Below, piece after piece: positions 53,456-61,746 of a DNA stretch of 64,000 nucleotides (position 1 is its first letter; the number at the start of each line of letters is the position of its first letter). Origin of the DNA: Patescibacteria group bacterium (GTDB lineage Bacteria; Patescibacteriota; Dojkabacteria; J137); contig BOLA01000001.1 in NCBI GenBank assembly GCA_016861265.1, forward strand, positions 75,569 to 139,568, read 5' to 3'. A program made the translations under genes and the position numbers. The notes beneath the pieces are model-generated. The model saw only the letters and a program-made list of their open reading frames with translations, made no database searches and was not told where the DNA came from.

Positions 53456-53479
53456 TAGGAGCTGTTGTAACAGCTCCTA
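53456..53479. terminator. Hairpin terminator between convergent genes
   Basis: TAGGAGCTGTT-GT-AACAGCTCCTA inverted repeat. Confidence 0.75.
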
Positions 53480-53485
53480 TAAAAT

Positions 53486-53926
53486 CTAGCTAATTGCTCT
53501 CCTAACTAATTCAACAATTTGCTTCTCTTCTTTTTCAGTAATTTTGTTAACTGCAAATGCTACTGGCCACATATTTCCATCGTCTAAATTAGCATCTTCC
53601 TGAAAGCCAATTGTTGGGTATCTATAACCAAACTTTTCTGCTGGTTGAAAAAATACAACAATTTTACCTGCGCCATTAGCAAAAGATGGAAATCCGTACC
53701 AAGTTTTTGGCATTAGGTTAGGAGCTGTTTTCGTTACAATTTCAACAAATTTTTGTGCTTTAGATTTATCTGGTTCAGGCATTTTAGAAATCACATCTTG
53801 AATGTCCTTAAAGCCCTGCTCTCTTGTTTTAACAGCCTTAGCTTCTGCTGCAAGTTCTTTTGCTCTTTGTCGCATTGCAGTCTTTTCTTGTTCACTAAAA
53901 ACTCCTGCTTTTGATTTATCTGCCAT
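53486..53926 (-). CDS. DUF1801 / YdhG-like protein
   Basis: FS..EK.AMRQRAKEL, L.PKTWYG.P, FFQPA.KF..RY.T.GF...ANLDDG.MWP.AFA. Confidence 0.82.
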   Translation of the reverse strand: MADKSKAGVFSEQEKTAMRQRAKELAAEAKAVKTREQGFKDIQDVISKMPEPDKSKAQKFVEIVTKTAPNLMPKTWYGFPSFANGAGKIVVFFQPAEKFGYRYPTIGFQEDANLDDGNMWPVAFAVNKITEKEEKQIVELVRRAIS

Positions 53927-54016
53927 ATAATTCCTTTCTTTGTGTTAATAAGTAATACTTGAATATTAGTCCAAGTTTGTTTTATAATCAAGTATCTTGA
54001 AAATGAAGGTATATTT

Positions 54017-54472
54017 ATGGATAAAAAAACGAAATTACAATTTAAGGTATTAATGGCCGCTAGAGATAATGGTATTAGCTCCATGCTTTTTAGGAATGTA
54101 ATGGCAAAAAAATTGAATTTGAATTTAACAGAATCGGTTTGCTTAACTCTTTTAGGAATTAATAAAGTTTCGACTCCATCCCAAATTGCAAAGTATACTG
54201 GCTTAACAACCGGTTCAACAACAACAATGCTAGATAGACTAGAAAAAAAAGGTTTTATAAAAAGAAAACTAAACCCAAAAGACCGAAGAGGAATAATAAT
54301 AGAAACTGACACTAAATATTCAGATGTTACTTCAGCAATGGTTGTAAGTGTTCAAAAGGCCCACAAAAAGCTAATTAGTAAATACTCGGAAAAGGAACTA
54401 AAGATTATTGAAGATTTTTTGAGTAAATTTACAAATAATATGAATACTGCTGCGGAGGAAATCGAAGGATAA
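54017..54472 (+). CDS. MarR-family transcriptional regulator
   Basis: TPSQIAKYTGLTTGSTTTMLDRLEKKGFI.R....DRR. Confidence 0.92.
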   Translation: MDKKTKLQFKVLMAARDNGISSMLFRNVMAKKLNLNLTESVCLTLLGINKVSTPSQIAKYTGLTTGSTTTMLDRLEKKGFIKRKLNPKDRRGIIIETDTKYSDVTSAMVVSVQKAHKKLISKYSEKELKIIEDFLSKFTNNMNTAAEEIEG

Positions 54473-54496
54473 TAAGTTATAAAAACCCCCAGTATA

Positions 54497-55165
54497 TTAA
54501 ATACTTTTTCCATTAGAATTTCTTAGAACCTTAACAGCAAATCCAATAAATAAACCCAATGCCAATAGTAGTTCAAATACTTCCTGATCTTGCCACTTTA
54601 TAAAATAAATACTTTCAGGCGCATTCATATTTGTATGCTGTAAAAGTATGTAAAAGACAGATACAAAAATGAAGTATAAACTTGTTCTAAAGTCAGGAAA
54701 ATATTTTGTGAGTGTTCTCTTTTTTATTAAAATCTTAGATGCTGGTAAAACTACTCCAAGAACAATCCCAGCAGCTACATATAATATGTGGAGAATATTT
54801 TGAATTGGTTTAAGATTATGTACATTAAGTTCAAACTGCGAGTTTTGTTCAAGGAAGTATTCAGGAGTTTCGAAAGTAAGTAATCGTTGCCCCCAACTAA
54901 TTTCTTCCATACTCATTACAAAAAAACCTACTGTACAAATTACAAGTAGTATTTTTTCGAATCTATTAAAGAAGGCTGCCTTTTTTAATAGCGAATAAAA
55001 GATTATGCTAAACGAGGATAAATACAGAAAAAATTGAATATATTCTAACAAGCTATCTTCCTTTGCCATGTTTGTATAGAGACTCCAATTAAGCTCTCTT
55101 AAACAATACAAGATCAAGATATAAACTACAGGGAAAAAGAAAGTAATTATTGACCTAGATTTCAT
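54497..55165 (-). CDS. Multi-pass membrane hypothetical protein
   Basis: About six TM segments; KED.L.E and EEISWGQR..N.Q.E.NVHN motifs. Confidence 0.8.
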   Translation of the reverse strand: MKSRSIITFFFPVVYILILYCLRELNWSLYTNMAKEDSLLEYIQFFLYLSSFSIIFYSLLKKAAFFNRFEKILLVICTVGFFVMSMEEISWGQRLLTFETPEYFLEQNSQFELNVHNLKPIQNILHILYVAAGIVLGVVLPASKILIKKRTLTKYFPDFRTSLYFIFVSVFYILLQHTNMNAPESIYFIKWQDQEVFELLLALGLFIGFAVKVLRNSNGKSI

Positions 55166-55226
55166 AAATTATGCTTGAGTTATAAAAGCATTATACATAA
55201 ATATAAAATCAGAACAGTGAAAAGAT

Positions 55227-55298
55227 TGACCCCACGGAGAATCGAACTCCGGTTTACAGATTGAGAATCTGTCGTCCTAGCCGCTAGACGATGAGGCC
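55227..55298 (-). tRNA. tRNA-Glu (anticodon CTC), CCA not encoded
   Basis: Minus strand: acceptor GGCCTCA/TGGGGTC, anticodon arm ACAGA-TTCTCAA-TCTGT, T-arm CGGAG-TTCGATT-CTCCG. Confidence 0.93.
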
Positions 55299-55340
55299 GT
55301 ATATTTGAATTGTACTACCAAACAAGTATGCCTTTTGTAG

Positions 55341-55709
55341 TTACTGTGCTTCTGGAACACCTATTGTTCCGGTTTGCAATGCTGCATCTTCCTTCTCTTC
55401 CTCGAGTTTCTGAGCATGTTCTTCTTGAGCCTCTTTCTCCCTCAGAATTACAGCCTGCTCAAATTCCTGTCTTAGTCTCAAGACTTCTACTTTATCAAAA
55501 TTTCTCCCAACTTTTAAGCCATTTTCAATTCTATGTTTTAAAATTCCCTCATCAAAAATTTTTAGATCTGGAATTAGATAAACTCCTCTTCCACTTTTCT
55601 TAAAGGTAGGGTCTACTTCAACATAGTTATTGAAGTAGACAACTCTTACCATATCCATTTTATTGTGCCTTTGTCTTGTAACTATACAAGTTCTTACAGG
55701 TACACTCAT
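55341..55709 (-). CDS. ylxR: YlxR (DUF448) family RNA-binding protein
   Basis: P.RTCIVTR...K.DMVRV...D...K.SGRG.Y; directly downstream of nusA. Confidence 0.85.
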   Translation of the reverse strand: MSVPVRTCIVTRQRHNKMDMVRVVYFNNYVEVDPTFKKSGRGVYLIPDLKIFDEGILKHRIENGLKVGRNFDKVEVLRLRQEFEQAVILREKEAQEEHAQKLEEEKEDAALQTGTIGVPEAQ

Positions 55710-55742
55710 CTTTTATTAAGTAATTCAATTAAGCCTTATTTA

Positions 55743-56894
55743 TTATTCTTCAGTATCTACATCAACGTCTTCATCGGACTCAGTAGAAGCAACTAAAGCT
55801 GCGTCGCTTTCTGTATTTTCTTCTGTTGTTCCATTTTCACCCTCGATATCTAACTGCCAACCTGTTAGTTTTGTTGCTAATCTGGCATTTTGACCTTCTT
55901 TTCCAATAGCTAAAGATAATTCTGAATCTGGTACTACAACTAATGCCTTCTTATCTTGCTTATCGACAATATCAACTCTAATTGAGTTAGCTGGTCTTAC
56001 AGCGTTCATTATGTACTGCTCAATTGATTCATCCCAAAGGATAATATCAATTTTTTCTTCAAAATTTCCATTCTTTAATTCGTTAGAAATTGCATTTATT
56101 CTTACTCCTTTTTGTCCAACGCATGAACCGATTGGGTCAACCCCTTGTGATACACTTCTAACTGCAACCTTGCTTCGGGAACCAGGTTCTCTTGCGATCC
56201 CCATAATTTCAACCGTTTCTGATTCAATTTCAGGAATTTCCATTGCAAATAACTCGCTTAAGAATCCTTCATCTGCTCTAGAAATAAGCATGTACTTACC
56301 TTTAATGTCTTCTTCTATTCCTTTTAGCAACACCTTAATTTGTGAGCCTAGTCTGTAATACTCTGTTGCAACTCTTTCTGATTTTGGCATTATTGCCTTT
56401 GCTTTTCCTACCTCACAGATTACATCTCCTTCAGGCATAACTCTTTGAACTGTCACATTAATAATCTTACCAACTTTGTCTGTAAACTGTCTTAGTACAG
56501 CTTCTTTCTCAGAATCTCTTAATTTCTGTAGAATTACTTGTCTAGCAGTTTGTGCTGCAATTCTTCCGAAATCTACATCCCCTGTAACATCCATTTCTAT
56601 TACATCACCAAGTTCAGCATTTTTCTTTACTTTCTTGGCATCATCAATAAAGATTTCTAGAACGTGTTTAGTAGGTCTTTCTACAACTTCTCTTTTTACT
56701 CTAACATTTAGGTCTCCCTTTTCAGGATCCATAATAACCTCTACAGAATCCTCATCTTCTTTTTCAAGTCCATGTGAATCCATAAAAATAATTTTTAGAG
56801 AATATTTGATTGCATCTAAAATTTCATCTGCATCAATTTTTCTTTCTGCCGCAATCTGTCTTATTGCAGACATTACTTCTGTTGTTTGAGCCAT
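55743..56894 (-). CDS. nusA: Transcription termination/antitermination factor NusA
   Basis: FGRIAAQTARQVILQK, S1 domain, AREPGSRSKVAV, DPIGSCVGQKG.R, SLAIGKEGQNARLA.KLTGW. Confidence 0.97.
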   Translation of the reverse strand: MAQTTEVMSAIRQIAAERKIDADEILDAIKYSLKIIFMDSHGLEKEDEDSVEVIMDPEKGDLNVRVKREVVERPTKHVLEIFIDDAKKVKKNAELGDVIEMDVTGDVDFGRIAAQTARQVILQKLRDSEKEAVLRQFTDKVGKIINVTVQRVMPEGDVICEVGKAKAIMPKSERVATEYYRLGSQIKVLLKGIEEDIKGKYMLISRADEGFLSELFAMEIPEIESETVEIMGIAREPGSRSKVAVRSVSQGVDPIGSCVGQKGVRINAISNELKNGNFEEKIDIILWDESIEQYIMNAVRPANSIRVDIVDKQDKKALVVVPDSELSLAIGKEGQNARLATKLTGWQLDIEGENGTTEENTESDAALVASTESDEDVDVDTEE

Positions 56895-56989
56895 ATTTAA
56901 TATTTAAAATTTATTGAATATATTATTCTACATTAATATAATACTTAGCGAAATCGCATAAATAACGACTTCCCTTCTATAATTACTAT

Positions 56990-57021
56990 AAAAAAAGCCG
57001 AAACAATTTAGATTCAGCTTT
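56990..57021 (-). terminator. Intrinsic-terminator-like hairpin in the nusA leader
   Basis: Minus strand AAAGCTGAA-loop-TTCGGCTTT running into a T7 tract, ~95 nt upstream of the nusA ATG. Confidence 0.65.
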
Positions 57022-57028
57022 AAACTAA

Positions 57029-57356
57029 TAAAGATTATAGCATCTAAACGCTAGTTTAGGAATACAATCAACCCATTCCTCAGGCTAAAACCTTTAACCC
57101 GAAACTAGGGTAATATTTAGTATTTAAACTAAAGGTTATAGCACCTAAACGCTAGTTTAGGAATACAATCAACCCATTCCTCAGGCTAAAACCTTTAACC
57201 CGAAACTAGGGTAATATTTAGTATTTAAACTAAAGGTTATAGCACCTAAACGCTAGTTTAAGAATACAATTGCCCCATCACTTAAGCTAAAACTTTTGGC
57301 CAAAAACTAGGGTAATATATTACAAATTGAAATTAAAGGTTGTATCACATTTAACC
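57029..57356. repeat. Tandem repeat, 101-bp unit x3 plus a partial fourth copy
   Basis: Units start at 57029, 57130 and 57231 (TAAAG(G/A)TTATAGCA(C/T)CTAAACGCTAGTTTA...AAACTAGGGTAATAT); units 1 and 2 differ at two positions, unit 3 is more diverged; remnant at 57334. Confidence 0.92.
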
Positions 57357-57381
57357 TTTTTTAAGTTAAAATAGGAAAAGT

Positions 57382-58338
57382 ATGAAGATCAAGCGACCCT
57401 TAATTAATCAATACTACGAAGAAGGCGACCAGGAGACCGAAGAGCAGAAACATGAGCCCTTACAAAGTCCCCTACTTTCACATATCAAGCCTTTAGAAGA
57501 GGCCAGCAAACAATCGACTGAAGCTCCAACAATTAAGCAAGTTCTGGAAGAGGAACCCCAAGAAGAGGTTGTAATTCAGACAAAGGCATCACCAGAATTC
57601 TTAAAATGGAAGGCTGAACAAGAAAAACTAGCAAAACAAAAACTTGAAGAACAGGAAAAAGCAAGACTGTTTGAGGAGGCGCGGGTAAAAGCAGAAAATC
57701 AAGCTCGAATACAAGCGGAGGCAGAGGCTAGAAGGTTAAAGGGACTTGAAGAAATAAAAAGAATACAACAAGAACAAAAACGAAAAGAAAGAGCTGTGAT
57801 CGACCAACCTGCACTGCCAAAGACTGCTGTAAGAGCTGAAGAAATGCCGCAAGTTCCGAAACAGATAGAAAAACCTGCAGTTATTCCTGTAAGTGACGAA
57901 CAATTGGTGTTTCCGATTACACCAAGAAGAGTAACGTTCGAACAAAGATTACAGTTTATACGAATGTATTTTGAAAGAAGACAGGAATTGCTAGAGGTCT
58001 CAATGCTTTGGAAGAATCCATCGTTACCCTTTAACATTGTTTCGGTTATTTTTGTAATTGGATTATTATTTGTTGGGGGTATTTTTGAGTTCGATAAAAT
58101 CCCATCCAAGATTCCATTATTCTATAATCATGTTGAAAAGTCGTGGGAACAGGCAGATAAATCAGCTATATTTATTATAGGAACTGTACTATTAGCCGCA
58201 GAAGGATTGCTAATAAATCTTATTATTAAAATATTTAGAAGTGACAGAAGATTGGCTCTTACATTATCATGGGTAATAACATTTATTAATGTTTTAATAA
58301 TTGTTGCAGCATTGCAGATATACTCTTTAATTACTTAA
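57382..58338 (+). CDS. Hypothetical protein with charged coiled-coil N-terminus and three C-terminal TM segments (DUF1648-like)
   Basis: E/K/Q/A-rich helix; IPSKIPLFY..W motif between TM segments. Confidence 0.75.
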   Translation: MKIKRPLINQYYEEGDQETEEQKHEPLQSPLLSHIKPLEEASKQSTEAPTIKQVLEEEPQEEVVIQTKASPEFLKWKAEQEKLAKQKLEEQEKARLFEEARVKAENQARIQAEAEARRLKGLEEIKRIQQEQKRKERAVIDQPALPKTAVRAEEMPQVPKQIEKPAVIPVSDEQLVFPITPRRVTFEQRLQFIRMYFERRQELLEVSMLWKNPSLPFNIVSVIFVIGLLFVGGIFEFDKIPSKIPLFYNHVEKSWEQADKSAIFIIGTVLLAAEGLLINLIIKIFRSDRRLALTLSWVITFINVLIIVAALQIYSLIT

Positions 58339-58339
58339 A

Positions 58340-59587
58340 ATGGATTTATTTACTAATCCCTACATAATTAATAATCTTTCTATTGTACTGGGCTTTACAC
58401 TTGTTTCCTTTATAATCGCATTCTTACTAACCCCACTAATGGGTAAGCTTGCTATTAGAGTGGGGGCAGTGGACTTACCTGCATGGCTAAGAAACAAAGG
58501 TGAACGTGGGATTGTAACTAGAATACATGATTATGTTTATCCTAAGTTGGGCGGATTGGCAGTTCTTGCAGCAATACTGATTTCTCTTTTTATTAACAGA
58601 GATTTAGTAAATGTGGGCAAGGGCGTAGTTATTGGCATGATAATAATAGGAATTACAGGTTTTCTTGATGATAAATTTGAACTAAATAGTAAATTTCAAC
58701 TTTTAGGACAAGTCTTGGCAGCCGCAGTAGTTGTTGCTTCAGGAATAAGCATAACATCAATAAATTTCCTTTCGATGCAAATGAATTTTGATGCATTCTC
58801 AACCATTATTCGATTTGCAGGCTTTACATACAATTTTATTTTTCCAGCAGATATATTAACAATTTTATGGATTGTGGGTTTAATTAATGTGATTAACTGG
58901 GTTGGTGGGGTTGACGCATTGAATGGCTCTGTTACCAGTGTTGCATTATTTACCCTAATGTTAATAAATTTAGCAAATGGTAATGTTGCCTTGGCAGGAC
59001 TAATTGCGATTCATTTGGGTGCGGTATTAGGGGTACTGCCATTTAACTATCCTCCCGGAAAGATTATGTATGGGTCTGCAGGTGACTTTTTAAATGGATT
59101 TTTATTAGCAGTTTTTGCAATCTTGGGTAGTACAAAATGGACAGCATCAATGATTATTCTTGCTATGCCAATACTAGATGGAATTATTGTTATATATATG
59201 AGATTCAAGTCAAACCCTCACCTATTAAAGAGTCCTCTTAAAATACTACAGGTTAGTGATAAGAATCATTTGCATCATAGATTGCTGGACGCGGGCTACT
59301 CTAAAAAAACTGTTACCTTAATCGAAACATCTATGATGATTGTAGTATGCTCTATAGCCTTAATACTTAGCAACCTAAGAACAGATGCTCTAGCATTTAT
59401 ACTGGGAATTGCATTCCTGTTTGTAAGTTTCTCAATTATATATGTATTAAAGAAACGAGGACAGAGAAAAAACAGGGCAGATGAAATTCTTGAAGAAATT
59501 AAAGCTTCTGAACTTCCTGAAGAAAAGGAGATAGTAATTAATACTGTTTACGAAAACGAAAAGGAAGACGAAAAATACAGATATTAG
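58340..59587 (+). CDS. Glycosyltransferase family 4, WecA/TagO-like undecaprenyl-phosphate GlcNAc-1-phosphate transferase
   Basis: PKLGGLA, GFLDDK, NVINWVGGVDAL, FNYPPGKIMYG, DKNHLHHRL. Confidence 0.88.
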   Translation: MDLFTNPYIINNLSIVLGFTLVSFIIAFLLTPLMGKLAIRVGAVDLPAWLRNKGERGIVTRIHDYVYPKLGGLAVLAAILISLFINRDLVNVGKGVVIGMIIIGITGFLDDKFELNSKFQLLGQVLAAAVVVASGISITSINFLSMQMNFDAFSTIIRFAGFTYNFIFPADILTILWIVGLINVINWVGGVDALNGSVTSVALFTLMLINLANGNVALAGLIAIHLGAVLGVLPFNYPPGKIMYGSAGDFLNGFLLAVFAILGSTKWTASMIILAMPILDGIIVIYMRFKSNPHLLKSPLKILQVSDKNHLHHRLLDAGYSKKTVTLIETSMMIVVCSIALILSNLRTDALAFILGIAFLFVSFSIIYVLKKRGQRKNRADEILEEIKASELPEEKEIVINTVYENEKEDEKYRY

Positions 59588-59625
59588 TTTAACCAATATC
59601 TTTTCTACAACAGATATCACAGCTA

Positions 59626-59653
59626 TTGCATTGTCATTCAAAAATGCTATCAT
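59626..59653 (+). promoter_or_regulatory. Cassette 1 promoter
   Basis: TTGCAT-16-TATCAT with extended -10 TG; SD-like GAAAGGT at 59683-59689. Confidence 0.55.
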
Positions 59654-59696
59654 TCGGAGCAGTAACTTAGGGAATTTTGAATGAAAGGTTCGTATC

Positions 59697-59918
59697 ATGA
59701 TAACCGTTATAACCACCTGCCAAGCACCGATTTATGTCTTCAACCCGGTGGGTAAGACGTACTCAAAGAAGGGTGCGTGCTTCAAGTCGGAAGGGGCAAC
59801 CGTAAAGGTGAAGCGGGTGGAAAATAACGCAGGGTTCCTGCGAATCTGCGAAGATAGTGGAAAGGAAACTAACAACTACCTTCGTACGCAGGACGTGGCA
59901 GAAGCTGCGACTGCATAA
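59697..59918 (+). CDS. Array microprotein 1 (73 aa, SH3-like pattern, C-terminus AEAATA)
   Basis: Own promoter, SD and downstream hairpin; APIYVFNP.G...EGATVKV...NNYLRTQDV. Confidence 0.75.
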   Translation: MITVITTCQAPIYVFNPVGKTYSKKGACFKSEGATVKVKRVENNAGFLRICEDSGKETNNYLRTQDVAEAATA

Positions 59919-59924
59919 AACAGA

Positions 59925-59959
59925 CAGGAGCTGAGGCCAACAAACAACCCCAGCTCCTG
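59925..59959 (+). terminator. Cassette 1 hairpin
   Basis: CAGGAGCTG...CAGCTCCTG; no clear U-tract. Confidence 0.65.
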
Positions 59960-59973
59960 ATCAATCTTCATTA

Positions 59974-60002
59974 TTGTATCTCATATATATTGTTGCTATA
60001 AT
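59974..60002 (+). promoter_or_regulatory. Cassette 2 promoter
   Basis: TTGTAT-17-TATAAT with TG; SD AAGGAGG at 60021-60027. Confidence 0.8.
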
Positions 60003-60033
60003 TAAATGTCAAAGAACTCTAAGGAGGTTCGCA

Positions 60034-60243
60034 ATGCGTTTCGCTAATGTAGTCGTAAACGGTGGTGCGAAAGCACTAGACGAAGAGGGAAAACCCACTG
60101 GGGTGATTATCCCCTTCGGGAGTTGCGGAGACTTGATCGATGAATTCACAATTCAAGGCACACTCTACGCTTTGGTGGAATTCGAGGATACCGTAGCCGT
60201 AATCGAACAGGAAGATCTGTGGATTTCGGACGCAGCAGCCTGA
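60034..60243 (+). CDS. Array microprotein 2 (69 aa, SH3/SLAP-like pattern, C-terminus SDAAA)
   Basis: Start reassigned to ATG 60034 after AAGGAGG; GAKALDEEGKPTGVIIPFG...TIQGTLYALV...IEQEDL. Confidence 0.8.
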   Translation: MRFANVVVNGGAKALDEEGKPTGVIIPFGSCGDLIDEFTIQGTLYALVEFEDTVAVIEQEDLWISDAAA

Positions 60244-60262
60244 TCATCCCGACCTCTTAGGT

Positions 60263-60288
60263 TGCGGCATCAAATTACTGATGCCGCA
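60263..60288 (+). terminator. Cassette 2 hairpin
   Basis: TGCGGCATCA-AATTAC-TGATGCCGCA. Confidence 0.7.
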
Positions 60289-60348
60289 CTCATTTCTAAA
60301 ATAATTCTTCTAATATATAATTAATCGTATAACTAGCCTGGAGGAAGA

Positions 60349-60567
60349 ATGAACACAACCAGAGTTGTAGTTTCAAACCCTAAAGGTGCGCAAGTTTACA
60401 GCCAACAGGGCAACTGTTTAATTCCGATTCCTGATAATATTCTGGAAAAGGGAACTCAGATAGTTGTTGGCGATGAACACGCAAGCGATAAACGGTACAT
60501 ACAGTATGAACGTCCGTACGCTGCAGATGCCATTGAGGATCTCTATGTTCTTGTTAGCGATCTTTGA
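60349..60567 (+). CDS. Array microprotein 3 (72 aa, SH3-like pattern)
   Basis: TATAAT 60316-60321, SD GGAGG 60340-60344; GAQVY...ILEKGTQIVV...DLYVLVSDL. Confidence 0.8.
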   Translation: MNTTRVVVSNPKGAQVYSQQGNCLIPIPDNILEKGTQIVVGDEHASDKRYIQYERPYAADAIEDLYVLVSDL

Positions 60568-60573
60568 TCGGCA

Positions 60574-60626
60574 TAAGCGCGAGCAAAGGGCGACTATTTT
60601 AATGTAGCAACCCAAGCTCGCGCTTA
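60574..60626 (+). terminator. Cassette 3 long hairpin
   Basis: TAAGCGCGAGC...GCTCGCGCTTA with additional inner pairing. Confidence 0.7.
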
Positions 60627-60658
60627 ACTTTCTAAAATTCACATAATCTATACAAATG

Positions 60659-60687
60659 TTGCTATGTTATGTCAACATTGATATAAT
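60659..60687 (+). promoter_or_regulatory. Cassette 4 promoter
   Basis: TTGCTA-17-TATAAT with TG; SD TAAGGAG at 60706-60712. Confidence 0.8.
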
Positions 60688-60720
60688 TACAATATCATCG
60701 ATCCCTAAGGAGATGTCAAA

Positions 60721-60942
60721 ATGAGTAAGACAGCTGGCTCGGACTTAAGCATGATTAGCACTTATTATTTTGATCGGGATTTAAGAATGTTTTTACCTGC
60801 GGGAAAGAAACATGACTTAGATCGCAATTCCATCAAAATTGATGAGAAAGCGCAGGTGCCTCGAGACCGGGCGGGATTGAGTTTTAAGAAGGTGAAAGGC
60901 AAGAACCTGTACATTGCTGCTAGCGAACTGGCTACAGCATAG
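60721..60942 (+). CDS. Array microprotein 4 (73 aa, C-terminus ELATA)
   Basis: Own promoter and SD; ends KNLYIAASELATA, matching the shared NLY(I/V)...(D/E)L pattern. Confidence 0.78.
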   Translation: MSKTAGSDLSMISTYYFDRDLRMFLPAGKKHDLDRNSIKIDEKAQVPRDRAGLSFKKVKGKNLYIAASELATA

Positions 60943-60958
60943 GGTTATTGCCCGACCG

Positions 60959-60982
60959 AGGCGCCACACCAACGGCGCCTTT
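60959..60982 (+). terminator. Cassette 4 hairpin
   Basis: AGGCGCC-ACACCAAC-GGCGCCT followed by TT. Confidence 0.65.
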
Positions 60983-60998
60983 CCTATGCTCCCAATTG

Positions 60999-61027
60999 TT
61001 GCCACTTGTCAATAACAGTGATATAAT
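60999..61027 (+). promoter_or_regulatory. Cassette 5 promoter
   Basis: TTGCCA-17-TATAAT with TG; SD GAGGTG at 61051-61056. Confidence 0.82.
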
Positions 61028-61061
61028 GGATATGTCAAACAATTATATTTGAGGTGTCAAA

Positions 61062-61358
61062 ATGAAGTACCGAGTAGTTGGAATTCCAAGCACGGCAACA
61101 CCGGACGATCCTTCGATCTTTGAACGGCTAGGTTATGAGAATCCCGTCATAGGACATCTCGCCGTTTTCGAAGGAGAGGTTGTGGAGGTGCCAAAGCTGC
61201 CCAAGGTTTTCCTTCCACCCAATACGATTGTTGAAGGCGAAGTCAATGGACGCTATCTTGAACTCAGTACCATTGACGGTGAACCCGTTAAGGTATCAGC
61301 CAACCTCTACGTTGAGGTTGCGGGTCTTGAACAGGTCAGCGACATCGCCGCCGCCTAA
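61062..61358 (+). CDS. Array microprotein 5 (98 aa, C-terminus DIAAA)
   Basis: Own promoter and SD; FLPPNTIVEG...RYLEL...NLYVEVAGL. Confidence 0.8.
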   Translation: MKYRVVGIPSTATPDDPSIFERLGYENPVIGHLAVFEGEVVEVPKLPKVFLPPNTIVEGEVNGRYLELSTIDGEPVKVSANLYVEVAGLEQVSDIAAA

Positions 61359-61377
61359 TGAGCTTAACAGCTCGTAC

Positions 61378-61403
61378 AAGGACAGTCCTAGCACTGTCCT
61401 TTT
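61378..61403 (+). terminator. Cassette 5 terminator
   Basis: AAGGACAGT-CCTAGC-ACTGTCCTT plus T-run, preceded by the small hairpin GAGCT-TAAC-AGCTC. Confidence 0.75.
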
Positions 61404-61467
61404 GCTTTCTTATAAATATATATCCATGATAAAATCCATAGCCGTAAGTCTAATAGGGGAATAGGTT

Positions 61468-61704
61468 ATGCAGGCAACGGTTCCGGGAAATGTTCATCTG
61501 TATTACTGAAATCCCAGTACGGGCTTCCAATGTTCTGACATTATCATTCCTGAAGGTCTGGTGTTGTCAGTAGAAGAACCCAAGATGAAAGATGAGTACT
61601 CAAACGACTTCTTTTGTTTTGGGACAGCACAAATTCCGGGTACAAATCGTACGCAAGCATATGCACTTAAAGCAGACCTTGTTCTGCTGCCGGTGCAATC
61701 ATAA
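61468..61704 (+). pseudogene. Array microprotein 6 (78 codons) interrupted by an in-frame TGA at codon 14; pseudogene or read-through
   Basis: Promoter TTCTTA-17-TAAAAT with TG (61407-61435), SD AGGGGA; MQATVPGNVHLYY*NPSTGFQCSDIIIPEGLVLSV...QAYALKADLVLLPVQS; TGA at 61507-61509. Confidence 0.7.
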
Positions 61705-61721
61705 ATCCTCTTAAAGAGGTC

Positions 61722-61746
61722 AAGGTCGACAGTTTGTCGACCTTTT
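61722..61746 (+). terminator. Cassette 6 terminator
   Basis: AAGGTCGACA-GTT-TGTCGACCTT followed by TT. Confidence 0.75.

Noticed and set aside
53950-54010. MarR operator (ATACTTGA...TCAAGTAT)
   Set aside because: The position is plausible, but arm spacing is long and the region is very AT-rich, so it cannot be delimited with confidence.
2507-55227. Integrated element at the tRNA-Glu 3' end
   Set aside because: The block is accessory-like, but I saw no integrase, transposase, phage gene or duplicated tRNA end. A short att repeat could have been missed by eye.
57029-57356. CRISPR array
   Set aside because: Units are contiguous 101-bp duplications without unique spacers, and there are no cas genes in the window.
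59974-60033. TTG start and 20-aa extension for array protein 2
   Set aside because: That TTG is the -35 box of the cassette promoter; AAGGAGG points to ATG 60034.
61507-61509. Genome-wide TGA recoding (code 4 or 25) or selenocysteine
   Set aside because: Two giant Gly- and Trp-containing ORFs have no in-frame TGA, and TGA ends the ada-like, ArsR and array genes 2 and 3 at sensible positions. No redox motif or convincing SECIS is visible.
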